From: an uncultured Candidatus Saccharibacteria bacterium
GTDB taxonomy: Bacteria; Patescibacteriota; Dojkabacteria; J137
NCBI GenBank assembly: GCA_964620955.1
Contig: CAZUKH010000001.1
Coordinates: 124,593-188,592, forward strand
Direction of reading: 5' to 3'
DNA length: 64,000 nt
Shown here piece after piece: positions 9,316 through 18,646 of this stretch. Numbering within the stretch: the stretch's first letter is position 1; every line of letters starts with the position of its first letter. Under the pieces are notes generated by a model. It did no database searches. It was not told where the DNA came from and saw nothing but the letters and a program-made list of their open reading frames with translations. Both the position numbers and the translations under genes were made by a program.

Positions 9316-9888
9316 ATGTATATTCCAGTAAAAATATTAGCAACAGCTGTTGCTTGTTTTGCAATATTACTTCTTAGCTTAAATTTTTTAATTGGTATAG
9401 ATGCGCTTTTTAGCAGCGGATATAGTCGTATTGCGTTGAGTGACTTTGGGGTTTTAAGCCCTACCTCAATGATTTTTAATGTAGGAATGATTGTAACTGG
9501 TATTTCAACATCACTTATTGGGGTATTAAAAAATAACAGGACAGTTATAAAGAATCCTTCTGTTTATATAATTCTTGGCGGTTTTTGTATTGTCGGAATA
9601 GGTCTTGTGCCCTATTCGGTATCTGTTTTGTGGCATTGGTTTTTCGCAATTGGCGCTTTTTTAGCCTTTTTTACAGGTGGCGTTTTGTATTATTTATATT
9701 TTACAAAACGCCACCTTTCATTAAAGTTTTTTGTTGTTACTTCAATTCTCTTTGTGATACTTGTAGTTTTTGTTGGTGAATTAGTATACCTTTGGGAAAT
9801 ATTTTTAATTCTTTTAAACTTAGTTTGGATGCAGCTTTATATTTTTACCACTACTCCACATTCTAAAGGTAAAAATCTGACAGTTTAA
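9316..9888 (+). CDS. Hypothetical polytopic membrane protein
   Basis: 190 aa with 5-6 predicted TM helices. No motif recognised. Confidence 0.5.
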   Translation: MYIPVKILATAVACFAILLLSLNFLIGIDALFSSGYSRIALSDFGVLSPTSMIFNVGMIVTGISTSLIGVLKNNRTVIKNPSVYIILGGFCIVGIGLVPYSVSVLWHWFFAIGAFLAFFTGGVLYYLYFTKRHLSLKFFVVTSILFVILVVFVGELVYLWEIFLILLNLVWMQLYIFTTTPHSKGKNLTV

Positions 9889-9931
9889 TTGTCCAATGTG
9901 ATAGAATCTTTGAATCAGCACTATCTTAAAA

Positions 9932-11482
9932 ATGAATAGTAAAAATCTGGGTGATTTATCTAAAATTGTTGTTGCTCAAATAAAATCCAAGCGTAAACAC
10001 GAAAATGCCGATAGGCTGAATATAGTTGAAATTGACGCCGGGCAGTCAAACGACTCTGCTTTGCTTAATGAAAATGGGTTTATTCAAGTAGTAACAGCAG
10101 CCAACAACTTTGAGGTTAATGATCTTGTTGCATGGGCAGCTCCAGGTTGCTCTGTGCCAGGGTGGGTAGCAAAAGGAGACAATATAGTTTTAGAATCAAG
10201 AGATATGCGTGGACAAATATCACATGGGATGATATTAGCTGAAGATGAACTGGGAATAGGTAAAGATCACGAAGGTATATTTGTAATTGATAAAAAACAC
10301 ACTAATCTTATTGGAAGTTCTGTTTCTAAAGTGCAAAGTTTGCTAAGCAAACCTAACGACCAAGACATATTACAAGATCTTAAAAAAGTTACTACCGAGA
10401 TACTTGGTGCCGAAGATCTTTTGCAGCTATTGTCAACTGAATCAAAACTTAATCATTATATTGGGTTTGAAATTTCTGGTCTTGTTCATCTTGGGCAAGG
10501 ACTAATGAGTGGAATTGTAATAAGAGAGCTTCAAAAACTTGGGATTAATACAAGAATTTTCCTTGCAGACTGGCACACCTGGATTAACAATAAGCTTAAA
10601 GGAGATATGGAATTTATTCAAAAAGTTGCTTCAGAATATTTTATACCTGCAATGAAATCCGCAATAAGCATCGCAGGAGGAAATGCAGATGCTGTCGAAT
10701 TTATATTGGGTTCCAACCTGTACCATAATAATGATAAATACTGGCAAACAGTTGTAGATATAAGCAAAAATCTCACGCTTTCACGTGTACTAAAATCTAC
10801 AACCATTTTGGGACGGGAGAGTTCACAAAGTATGGAGTTTGCAATGTTAATTTACCCTTCGATGCAAGCGGCAGATATTTTTGAAATGCAAAACCATATT
10901 GCGCACGCGGGTACCGACCAAAGAAATGTACATGTCATTGCAAGAGAAGTAGCCTCGAAAATAACTGTTCAAAAACTTATGGTTAATAACAATTCTATAA
11001 AGCCTATTTCTATACATCACGAACTAGTACCAGGGTTACAAAAGCCCTCAGAATGGCCATTGCCAAAGAATATTTCAAAACATGACATGCTTACAAGTCT
11101 TAAGATGAGTAAATCTATACCCGACTCGGCAATATTTATTCAAGATGATGTGGAAGAAATTAAAAGAAAAATTAACCAGGCATTTTGTCCTGAAAAAGAA
11201 ATCGGTTACAACCCAGTTCTTTCATGGGTCAGACTTCTCATTTTCCCAATAAATAATAAATTTGAACTTAAAAGAGAAGCTCGATATGGGGGAGATAGAA
11301 TTTACAAGAATTATAGCGAGCTTGAATCTGACTATGCTAATGGTACTGTGTTCCCACTTGATTTAAAAAATAATGTGGCAGAAACACTGATTAAAATGCT
11401 ACAACCTGCACGTGATGTTTTTAATAGTGCAGAAAAGAAAATGATTATTCAGGAAATTTTAGCAGTAAGGAAAACCCGTTAA
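9932..11482 (+). CDS. Class I aminoacyl-tRNA synthetase of the Tyr/Trp subfamily (likely archaeal/eukaryotic-type tyrosyl-tRNA synthetase) with an N-terminal Myf/Trbp111-type tRNA-binding OB domain
   Basis: N-terminal ~130 aa: KIVVAQIKSKRKHENADRLNIVEIDAGQ...GMILAEDELGIG (tRNA-binding domain). Then GFEISGLVHLGQG (HIGH-equivalent, G-F/Y-E-P-S-G pattern), YPSMQAADI and KMSKS. Confidence 0.7.
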   Translation: MNSKNLGDLSKIVVAQIKSKRKHENADRLNIVEIDAGQSNDSALLNENGFIQVVTAANNFEVNDLVAWAAPGCSVPGWVAKGDNIVLESRDMRGQISHGMILAEDELGIGKDHEGIFVIDKKHTNLIGSSVSKVQSLLSKPNDQDILQDLKKVTTEILGAEDLLQLLSTESKLNHYIGFEISGLVHLGQGLMSGIVIRELQKLGINTRIFLADWHTWINNKLKGDMEFIQKVASEYFIPAMKSAISIAGGNADAVEFILGSNLYHNNDKYWQTVVDISKNLTLSRVLKSTTILGRESSQSMEFAMLIYPSMQAADIFEMQNHIAHAGTDQRNVHVIAREVASKITVQKLMVNNNSIKPISIHHELVPGLQKPSEWPLPKNISKHDMLTSLKMSKSIPDSAIFIQDDVEEIKRKINQAFCPEKEIGYNPVLSWVRLLIFPINNKFELKREARYGGDRIYKNYSELESDYANGTVFPLDLKNNVAETLIKMLQPARDVFNSAEKKMIIQEILAVRKTR

Positions 11483-11487
11483 CTTAA

Positions 11488-12051
11488 TCAGTTACTCAAT
11501 ATTGTATCTACTTTGTAAACAACTCCGTTAGAAGCTTCAACTCCAGTAGAAACAACCTTAGACACCAAGTCGTTAAGCTCTAAGTTAATTTCTCCATTTA
11601 TAATACGTACAGTAATGACATTACCATTAAGAGTAGTTATTTCCTGACCATCAGTCAAGCTTTCCGGAGGGAAAAACCCCCAAACAATATGACTTTGTAA
11701 AATACCTTGAATTTTATCCTGAGTTGAGGCTTCTCCTTGGATATTAAAAAATGCCTGGTTATCGGGAGCAAATACTGTATACATTTCAGAGTTTTCAAGG
11801 GCAGTTGAAACTCCTGATTCTGTTAGATTTTTATAAAAATTACTTAATAATGAATCTTTACTAATTATTACTAATAGATTTTGCAACCCTTCTACTGGGC
11901 GCTGCAAGTTTGTTGGTGAGTCTGCTTCATTTGCACTTTTTGGCGTATCTTGATTAGAAAGCACATAAATTGCACCTAGCGCTATGCCTGCAAATGCAAT
12001 GAGGGCAACGAAAATTGGGATGTAACTTCTCCCGTTAGTCTTATTCATCAA
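11488..12051 (-). CDS. Fasciclin (FAS1) domain protein, membrane-anchored
   Basis: N-terminal TM. TVFAPDNQAFFNI and NGVVYKVDTIL are FAS1 H1/H2 motifs. Confidence 0.8.
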   Translation of the reverse strand: MMNKTNGRSYIPIFVALIAFAGIALGAIYVLSNQDTPKSANEADSPTNLQRPVEGLQNLLVIISKDSLLSNFYKNLTESGVSTALENSEMYTVFAPDNQAFFNIQGEASTQDKIQGILQSHIVWGFFPPESLTDGQEITTLNGNVITVRIINGEINLELNDLVSKVVSTGVEASNGVVYKVDTILSN

Positions 12052-12140
12052 AAACTATTAATTTAGTCTATAAAAATATATCAGTAACAGGTTCAAATGT
12101 CACCTGGACTTATTGGTCGTTTTTTATCTATACTAGGTTT

Positions 12141-12728
12141 ATGAAGTTCAACAAAGTAATTATGCTTTTAACAACCTCAGATATTTTTACCTGGGGCTTA
12201 ATGACTGTTGTACTAAGCATTATTGGTATTTATATTTCACTTAAGCTTAATGGCGATGCAGTTGAAATTGTGGGTATTGGAACTGGAATTTATAGCCTTG
12301 CCAGGGGCCTTTTTCAAATACCTATGGGACTTCTTGTGGATAGAACAAAAAGTGACAAAGATGACATACTTATACTTTTTTTGGGTAGTGTTTGTATGGG
12401 ATTTCCTTTTTTACTTTTTAATCTTATTGAGGAGGAGGTGGCTTACTACTTTTTACAATTTGTAATAGGGTTTGGAAGCTCTATGAATATTGTTACCTGG
12501 AGAAAGCTTTTTGCAAGTAATTTAGACAAAAATCACGAAGGTCTTGAGTATGGCATTTACGATACTGTTATGAGTATTGCTATTGCGGTATTTAGCGTAA
12601 TTGCGGGAGTAGTTGCTAGTTTGAGCGAAGAGTCCTTTGATTTTGTAATTGCAATGATAGGGATACTTATGATTTCCAGCGGAGTTTGGCCATTATTAAT
12701 ATTCAAAATTAAACGCAAAAAACTGTGA
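12141..12728 (+). CDS. Hypothetical membrane protein
   Basis: 195 aa with about 5 hydrophobic helices. Confidence 0.5.
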   Translation: MKFNKVIMLLTTSDIFTWGLMTVVLSIIGIYISLKLNGDAVEIVGIGTGIYSLARGLFQIPMGLLVDRTKSDKDDILILFLGSVCMGFPFLLFNLIEEEVAYYFLQFVIGFGSSMNIVTWRKLFASNLDKNHEGLEYGIYDTVMSIAIAVFSVIAGVVASLSEESFDFVIAMIGILMISSGVWPLLIFKIKRKKL

Positions 12729-13090
12729 CTGAAAAAAATAGACAGCTTTTTTACTTGGCAGGTGGAATTTTAGCTATTCTTGCTTTTGTATTCTTTGGCA
12801 TTGGAATGAGCAATACCAATACACCTACTTTTATTGTCTCTGAGGACATGGCCCTTGATTACCTTTATGAGACGTTTCCTGAGAAACGAAAATCTGAAAC
12901 CCAACAAAAGGTTTTTATTGAAAAAGTAAGTAGCTCCTACTTTATAGCTTTAGCAATGATTGAAGAAAACAGCATTTTATTCGCTGAATGTTTTGAAGTA
13001 GGAGAAAATACAAGTATATCTAGTATTCCTTACAAGGCTAATTCTGCTTACGTCACAAAAGTTGATCCTGTTAGCTGCACAGGCCTTTAG
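12725..13090 (+). CDS. Hypothetical membrane-anchored protein
   Basis: 121 aa. N-terminal TM. 4-nt overlap with the upstream ORF. Confidence 0.45.
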   Translation: MTEKNRQLFYLAGGILAILAFVFFGIGMSNTNTPTFIVSEDMALDYLYETFPEKRKSETQQKVFIEKVSSSYFIALAMIEENSILFAECFEVGENTSISSIPYKANSAYVTKVDPVSCTGL

Positions 13091-13106
13091 TGCGGTATAA
13101 TTACCA

Positions 13107-14168
13107 ATGCAAATTCTAGGTGTATCGACAAAAGATCAAGAAGAAGCGGTAAATATTTTAGCTAAAGGAGGTCTTGTTATTTACCCAACTGAAACTGCAT
13201 ACGGCGCAGGTGTTGATGCTACAAATAAATTAGCAGTGGGTAAACTCCTCGAGTTTAAAAAACGCCCTACTGGTAAAGCAATATCAATTGCTTGTAGCTC
13301 ATATAGCATGGCCCAAAGTTATGTAATAATAAATAAAGCAGCTGACAATTTGTATAAAGAATTTCTTCCGGGGCCTCTTACTATTGTATCTTTTTCTAAA
13401 AATAAAGTAGATAAACGTCTTGAGTCTGAGGATAGCACTTTGGGTGTAAGAATCCCGAATAATGAATTTGCGCTAGGAATGATTGAGAAACTTAAAAGGC
13501 CCGTTACTGCTACATCTGCAAACTCTTTCGGTAACGCCACTCCTTACTCAATAGAATCCATACTTGAAAATTTAACTGAAAAACAAAAGTCTATTGTAGA
13601 TTTAATAATTGATGCGGGGCATCTTCCAAAAAGGTTGACTTCAACAGTTGTTGATACAACAAGAAATACATTAAGAACTTTTCGCAAAGGAGCTATTAAG
13701 TTTGGATCTAATAAACCTCAAAAAGTAATTGTTAGTAAAAATGTTGAAGAAACACTAAACCTAGCCGAAATACTCACCAAAAACTTACTAAGCGATGGTT
13801 TTAATAACATTGTTTATCTATTATCTGGGGAGCTAGGTGCGGGCAAAACACATTTTGCGAAAGGGGTGGCAAAAGCCTTAGGGGTAAACGCAGTAGTTAA
13901 ATCTCCTACTTATGGATATGTGTCTGAATATAAAATACCTTATTCAACTCAAAAGTTTATACATGTTGACGCCTGGAAAATCGTTAATAAAAGAGAACTC
14001 GAAGCGCTAGGCCTTAATAATTTGATTAAAACTTCAAAGGTTGTGGTTATCGAATGGCCTGAAGTAATTGAAAATCTTGATAAAGACTTTTTTAATAAGT
14101 TTAAACCAATTGCAGTGTATATTGACTCGATTGATGAGCAAACAAGAAAAATGAGTATTTTCCAATAA
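13107..14168 (+). CDS. Fusion protein: L-threonylcarbamoyladenylate synthase TsaC/YrdC domain + tRNA t6A biosynthesis ATPase TsaE (YjeE) domain
   Basis: N-terminal: LAKGGLVIYPTETAYGAGVDATN...LLEFKKRP (YrdC/Sua5). C-terminal: LLSGELGAGKTHFAKGVAKALGV..KSPTYGYVSEY...HVDAWKI...IEWPE (TsaE P-loop). Confidence 0.8.
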   Translation: MQILGVSTKDQEEAVNILAKGGLVIYPTETAYGAGVDATNKLAVGKLLEFKKRPTGKAISIACSSYSMAQSYVIINKAADNLYKEFLPGPLTIVSFSKNKVDKRLESEDSTLGVRIPNNEFALGMIEKLKRPVTATSANSFGNATPYSIESILENLTEKQKSIVDLIIDAGHLPKRLTSTVVDTTRNTLRTFRKGAIKFGSNKPQKVIVSKNVEETLNLAEILTKNLLSDGFNNIVYLLSGELGAGKTHFAKGVAKALGVNAVVKSPTYGYVSEYKIPYSTQKFIHVDAWKIVNKRELEALGLNNLIKTSKVVVIEWPEVIENLDKDFFNKFKPIAVYIDSIDEQTRKMSIFQ

Positions 14169-14312
14169 TCTTAATAGGTACGAACTTTATACGAAATATG
14201 TTTATGTCATCTTAAGCTTAACATCTTTTTTTCATTTTTGTTTTCTGCTATGTTGTAGTATGTGCCCTTTAGTAAGGGTCAAATAAGAAATTTTAATTTT
14301 TATTTATTTTTT

Positions 14313-14747
14313 ATGTCACTCACAGTATTAGGTGCTAGTGTCAATTTGCTTGCTGTATTTGGTGCAGCGGTCCTTTATATGGTTTTAAGTACTATTTGGT
14401 ATTCTCCTTCTGTTTTAGGTAAAAGATGGGCTAAGCTTGTTGGCTTAAAAGAAAAAGATATGAACCAATGGGATACAAAAATGATGATAACAATGCTTGT
14501 AACCTTTGTTGGCGCTGTAGTTGTTGCGTTATTTTTAGGTATGATTGTTGAATATGTTCGAATTGCAACTGGTTATGCTGAAGTATTAAACGGCATAATA
14601 ACTGGACTTATTGCATGGGTAATTTTTGCTGTGTTCAGCCTTGCAAACACCCTTTATGCAAGAGAATCGGCCGAAAGGTGGGCAATAGATGCAGCAAACG
14701 TGCTTATTTCTTTACTTGCAGCTGGCGTGATAATTGCTGTTCTTTAG
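14313..14747 (+). CDS. DUF1761-family membrane protein
   Basis: MSLTVLGASVNLLAVFGAAVLYMVLSTIWYSPSVLGKRW matches the DUF1761 N-terminal pattern. ATG at 14313 preferred over GTG at 14262. Confidence 0.55.
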   Translation: MSLTVLGASVNLLAVFGAAVLYMVLSTIWYSPSVLGKRWAKLVGLKEKDMNQWDTKMMITMLVTFVGAVVVALFLGMIVEYVRIATGYAEVLNGIITGLIAWVIFAVFSLANTLYARESAERWAIDAANVLISLLAAGVIIAVL

Positions 14748-16111
14748 TCGTTAATTACAACTGATTTAACGTTTGTAAATTCAAGTAGTCCGTATTCTGC
14801 TAGTTCTCGTCCTATTCCTGATTTTTTGCTTCCCCCAAAAGGAAGCTCAGGAGTAGAACGTACTACTTCATTAACATAAACATTCCCTACATTTAGTTTG
14901 GGTATTAGTTTTTTGGCTCTTTCAATATTCTCAGTCCATATTGACGCTCCAAGACCTAGCTTGGTTGCATTTGCGATTTCTAAAGCTTCGTCTTCCTCTT
15001 TAAAAGCAAACACAGTTGCTATTGGCGCAAAGGTTTCTTCATTAAAAATTTTCATACTTGAATTTACTTGGGTTAGTATTGTTGGCTGCATAAAAAACCC
15101 AGGCACATCTTTTTTACTCCCGCCAGTAATAAGTTTTGCCCCTTTGTTTACTGCTTCGTTTACAAGTTGAATATGTGTTTCTAAACTCTCTAGACTTGAT
15201 AGCGGTCCCATTTCGCAGGTTTCTTTAAGCGGATCTTCTACAATTACCTGCTCAAACTTTTGTTTAAGACCTTTTACAAACTCATCATACTTTGTTTCGT
15301 GTACAATAAACCTTTTTGCTGCGTTGCAGCTTTGCCCTGCATTTCGTAATCTCGACTTTGATGCATTGTCAATCACATCGTCTATGTCGGCATCTTCAAG
15401 CACAATAAATGCGTCGTTGCCTCCAAGCTCTAAAGCTACTTTCTTAATTTCCTGACCAGCTATTGAAGCAACTGAAGCTCCTGCTTTTTCGCTGCCTGTT
15501 AAAATAACTCCTTCAATAATAGGGTTTCTTATTATTCTTTCGACTTTCGATGAAGATATTAACAATGTTTGCATTACTTCACTTCCAAATTTTGCTTTAT
15601 CAAAAAGTTCTTGTATATTTAATGCTGTGCGACATACGTTTGAAGCATGTTTTAAAACTACAGTATTACCTGCAAGTATTAAAGGTATAATTGTACGTAA
15701 AGCCTGCCAGTAAGGGAAATTCCAGGGCATAATAGTAAGAATTGGCCCAAGTGGTTCGTACCTCACTTCACTATACTCATATTTAGTTTTAACTTTTTTA
15801 GCTTTTAACATTTCTTCAAAATTTTGAATGTAATAGTCAATCATTTCTACTACTTTTTGTATTTCCTGCCGCGATTGTACAATTGGCTTTCCGGTCTCAA
15901 GTGTCATTTGGCGTGAAAAAGTTTCTAAAGATTCTAAGATAATGTTTTTCAAGTTGATGACTTTTTCTTTTCTTATGTTTAATGAGGTTTTTTTCCAGGT
16001 ATTAAAAGCCTCAAGTGCAAGTTTTATCTTTGAATCTATTTCCAGTTCCTGCAGTTCTTCAAAATCTTCAATAAGAATTCCATTTGAAGGATTAATTGAC
16101 TTTAACTTCAT
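14744..16111 (-). CDS. NAD(P)+-dependent aldehyde dehydrogenase (succinate-semialdehyde dehydrogenase-like)
   Basis: LELGGNDAFIV (catalytic Glu), NAGQSCNAAKR (catalytic Cys), GSEKAG. Confidence 0.85.
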   Translation of the reverse strand: MKLKSINPSNGILIEDFEELQELEIDSKIKLALEAFNTWKKTSLNIRKEKVINLKNIILESLETFSRQMTLETGKPIVQSRQEIQKVVEMIDYYIQNFEEMLKAKKVKTKYEYSEVRYEPLGPILTIMPWNFPYWQALRTIIPLILAGNTVVLKHASNVCRTALNIQELFDKAKFGSEVMQTLLISSSKVERIIRNPIIEGVILTGSEKAGASVASIAGQEIKKVALELGGNDAFIVLEDADIDDVIDNASKSRLRNAGQSCNAAKRFIVHETKYDEFVKGLKQKFEQVIVEDPLKETCEMGPLSSLESLETHIQLVNEAVNKGAKLITGGSKKDVPGFFMQPTILTQVNSSMKIFNEETFAPIATVFAFKEEDEALEIANATKLGLGASIWTENIERAKKLIPKLNVGNVYVNEVVRSTPELPFGGSKKSGIGRELAEYGLLEFTNVKSVVIND

Positions 16112-16180
16112 AAATATTTTTTAACTAAATAAGTGTAGCACGTTGACAGAAACGGTACTTGCTGCTATAGTTCGGCAACT

Positions 16181-16663
16181 ATGAATACACATCTTGATAT
16201 GTTAAATGTAGAAGAGGGAAATGCAGAAAATACTACCCCGCACTCTCTACCTCCGGAATTTGTTTTTCCATATCCTAATCCAGGAGATCTGCGATCGGTC
16301 TTTATTAACATCTTTTCATATAGGCCCGAACAGATTATTTATCTTGGTGCTCACGAATCTCTTGTTAACCTAACAACCAAATTGCAAAATCTATATTACG
16401 AAGGGAGTCATCCATCACATGGAAGCGAAATTTACATGGGCAGCCAGGTAATCATATCACCTGCTAATGAAGTACCAACACTGTTAGGGAATATAACTAG
16501 AGGAACCCAAATTAGAAAAGTCCTTGTAATTATTGAGGGAGAGGATTCTCCTTCAAATCCTAACTACAAAGCTCTTCTTAAGCAAATTTTAAATGGTCCA
16601 ACATTACAAATGCCTTCCAGCCTTTGTATTACGGTAATGTACACAAATGCTTTTCGAGCATAA
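16181..16663 (+). CDS. Hypothetical protein
   Basis: 160-aa ORF. No recognisable motif. Confidence 0.4.
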   Translation: MNTHLDMLNVEEGNAENTTPHSLPPEFVFPYPNPGDLRSVFINIFSYRPEQIIYLGAHESLVNLTTKLQNLYYEGSHPSHGSEIYMGSQVIISPANEVPTLLGNITRGTQIRKVLVIIEGEDSPSNPNYKALLKQILNGPTLQMPSSLCITVMYTNAFRA

Positions 16664-16731
16664 AGCTTTAGGGGTTTTTATAACTTTGTTTCCCTGCTAT
16701 TATAGTTAGAATTTAATTTTAATTTCTTTCT

Positions 16732-17478
16732 ATGAAAGCAAAAACACTCAGTATTGTAATTCCTTCTTATAACGAATCAAAGACCCTCGAAGAGCTTGTA
16801 GGTAAAGTATTAGCAGTCAAACTGCCATTTGGTTTTTCTAAAGAAATAATCATTGTAAATGATGCATCTAAAGACAATTCACTAGAAATTATGAGAAAAC
16901 TCGCGGCTAAAAACAAAGAAATAATCGTATTAGATAATCCTAAAAACCTTGGTAAAACACAAACAGTAAGAAAAGGTTTTATGAAAACCTCTGGTGAAGT
17001 TGTAGTTGTACAAGATGCGGACTTAGAGTATGAGCCAGAAGAACTAAAAGAATTGTTGGAACTTATGATAAACGAAAATCTTGATGTAGTTTACGGCAAC
17101 AGATTTGGTAAAAAAAACAAAGTAATTTATTGGAAAAATTATTATGGTAATAAAGGTATTTCGTTTATTTCCAACATTTTCACTTACCCAAGAATAAGAA
17201 AATTCATTCCGGACATGGAAGTTTGCTACAAAATGGTTAAAGGTGAAATAATTAGAGATATAGCCCCAAAAATTACTGCAAAAAGCAACTTTGGTTTAGA
17301 ACCCGAGCTTACTGCACGGCTTGCAAGGTACAAAAAAGATGGTAAGAGACTAAAATTTGGGATTGTGCCAATTAGTTACTTTGCAAGAAGCATTGAAGAA
17401 GGTAAAAAAATGAAAGCGTTTAAAGATGGATTTAAGGCGCTTAAAGAAATTATTCGCTATAATTTGGGTAGACAATAG
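16732..17478 (+). CDS. Glycosyltransferase family 2 (polyprenyl-phosphate sugar transferase-like)
   Basis: LSIVIPSYNES, IIVNDASKDNS, VVVVQDADLEYEPEEL (DxD). Confidence 0.8.
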   Translation: MKAKTLSIVIPSYNESKTLEELVGKVLAVKLPFGFSKEIIIVNDASKDNSLEIMRKLAAKNKEIIVLDNPKNLGKTQTVRKGFMKTSGEVVVVQDADLEYEPEELKELLELMINENLDVVYGNRFGKKNKVIYWKNYYGNKGISFISNIFTYPRIRKFIPDMEVCYKMVKGEIIRDIAPKITAKSNFGLEPELTARLARYKKDGKRLKFGIVPISYFARSIEEGKKMKAFKDGFKALKEIIRYNLGRQ

Positions 17479-17497
17479 CACAATAAAACCCCGTAAC

Positions 17498-17962
17498 TTA
17501 CTTCTTTATATAAACAATATATTTATATATAAAGAAGTTTATAAGCATTTGTGTTCCTGCAGTAAATAAGTTTGCTATAGTTGAAAGCGCAGCTTCGGAA
17601 AGATCTATTCCTAAAATCCTTTTTAAATCATAATAAAGAGAGTAAATAAATGCGCCCACAAAAATATTCATAACAAAAACCAAGGTCATTCTTAAGGCTT
17701 GATTACGCATTTTTCCTTCGGTGGCTTTAAAACTCCACTGTCTATTTATAAAAAAGACAAATATACTTCCGAATACTCCTGAAACAATTTTGGCAGAATA
17801 AATAAGTCCAAATATTTTTATACCCTGCCCCAGCCCTAAAATTTGAACAATAAAAAGAAGTACTAAAGTATCTACAACAAAACCACCAATTCCTGTAACA
17901 AAATATTTGGCGAACTGTTTAATAATCTCTTTACTACCAAGTTTTTTAAGCTTTTGTTTCAT
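17498..17962 (-). CDS. GtrA-family membrane protein (polysaccharide synthesis / flippase accessory)
   Basis: QFAKYFVTGIGGFVVDTLVLLFIV. About 150 aa with 4 TM helices, typical GtrA. Confidence 0.7.
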   Translation of the reverse strand: MKQKLKKLGSKEIIKQFAKYFVTGIGGFVVDTLVLLFIVQILGLGQGIKIFGLIYSAKIVSGVFGSIFVFFINRQWSFKATEGKMRNQALRMTLVFVMNIFVGAFIYSLYYDLKRILGIDLSEAALSTIANLFTAGTQMLINFFIYKYIVYIKK

Positions 17963-18011
17963 AGGTAAAAATTATAACAGCGACCATTTATAAAAGAAAG
18001 CATATTTGCAC

Positions 18012-18040
18012 TTGACTACTATACCCCAGTAAGGTATAGT
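18012..18040 (+). promoter_or_regulatory. Sigma-70-like promoter (TTGACT-17-TATAGT) overlapped by a perfect 8-bp inverted repeat ACTATACC-N7-GGTATAGT (putative CsoR-family operator)
   Basis: Seen in sequence directly upstream of the CsoR-like gene. Resembles the GC-cored pseudo-palindromes bound by CsoR/RcnR regulators. Confidence 0.5.
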
Positions 18041-18046
18041 TAGTAT

Positions 18047-18304
18047 ATGGATAACAAATGCGACCAACTAGTAAATTCAGCTAAAAGAATCGAGGGGCAG
18101 CTTAGAGGCATCCAAAAGATGATTCTTGAGGGGAAAGACGGCAAATTAATTCTTACCCAAGTAACAGCAGCGCGGGCTGCGCTTTCAAGGCTAGCAATTG
18201 ATTTGCTCAAAGATGAATCCCGAGAGTGTTTAAATGCAAAGACAAAAAAAGCTAAATCTGATAAATTTGAAGAGTTGGTAAGCTCGCTTTTTAAACTTAC
18301 TTAA
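18047..18304 (+). CDS. CsoR/RcnR/FrmR-family (DUF156) transcriptional repressor, atypical ligand set
   Basis: AKRIEGQLRGIQKMI...ILTQVTAARAAL matches the CsoR core. The canonical Cys/His positions are K and R/E. Only the C-terminal Cys (RECLNAK) plus an N-terminal Cys5 are present. Confidence 0.75.
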   Translation: MDNKCDQLVNSAKRIEGQLRGIQKMILEGKDGKLILTQVTAARAALSRLAIDLLKDESRECLNAKTKKAKSDKFEELVSSLFKLT

Positions 18305-18322
18305 TTTATTATTATTTTATAA

Positions 18323-18640
18323 ATGTCAAAACCCGAAGAACTTACAGCAGAGAACTTTAATGAAAAAATCAAGCAGGGAAATGTCCTTGTAGATTTTTGG
18401 GCTCCTTGGTGCGGCCCTTGCCAAATTATTGGTCCAATAATTGAACAAGTAGCTGAAGAAATGAAAGACAAGCTAAACGTTTACAAACTCAATGTTGATG
18501 AGGCACAGCAAATAGCTATGACCTATGGAGTAATGAGCATCCCAACGATGATAATGTTTAAAGACGGTCAACCTGTAGGCAGAGAAATTGGTGCGATTCC
18601 AAAGGCCGCAGTTGTAAATTTTGTAAGTAAGCATATTTAG
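18323..18640 (+). CDS. trxA: Thioredoxin
   Basis: WAPWCGPCQ active site. 105 aa. Confidence 0.95.
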   Translation: MSKPEELTAENFNEKIKQGNVLVDFWAPWCGPCQIIGPIIEQVAEEMKDKLNVYKLNVDEAQQIAMTYGVMSIPTMIMFKDGQPVGREIGAIPKAAVVNFVSKHI

Positions 18641-18646
18641 TAGATT

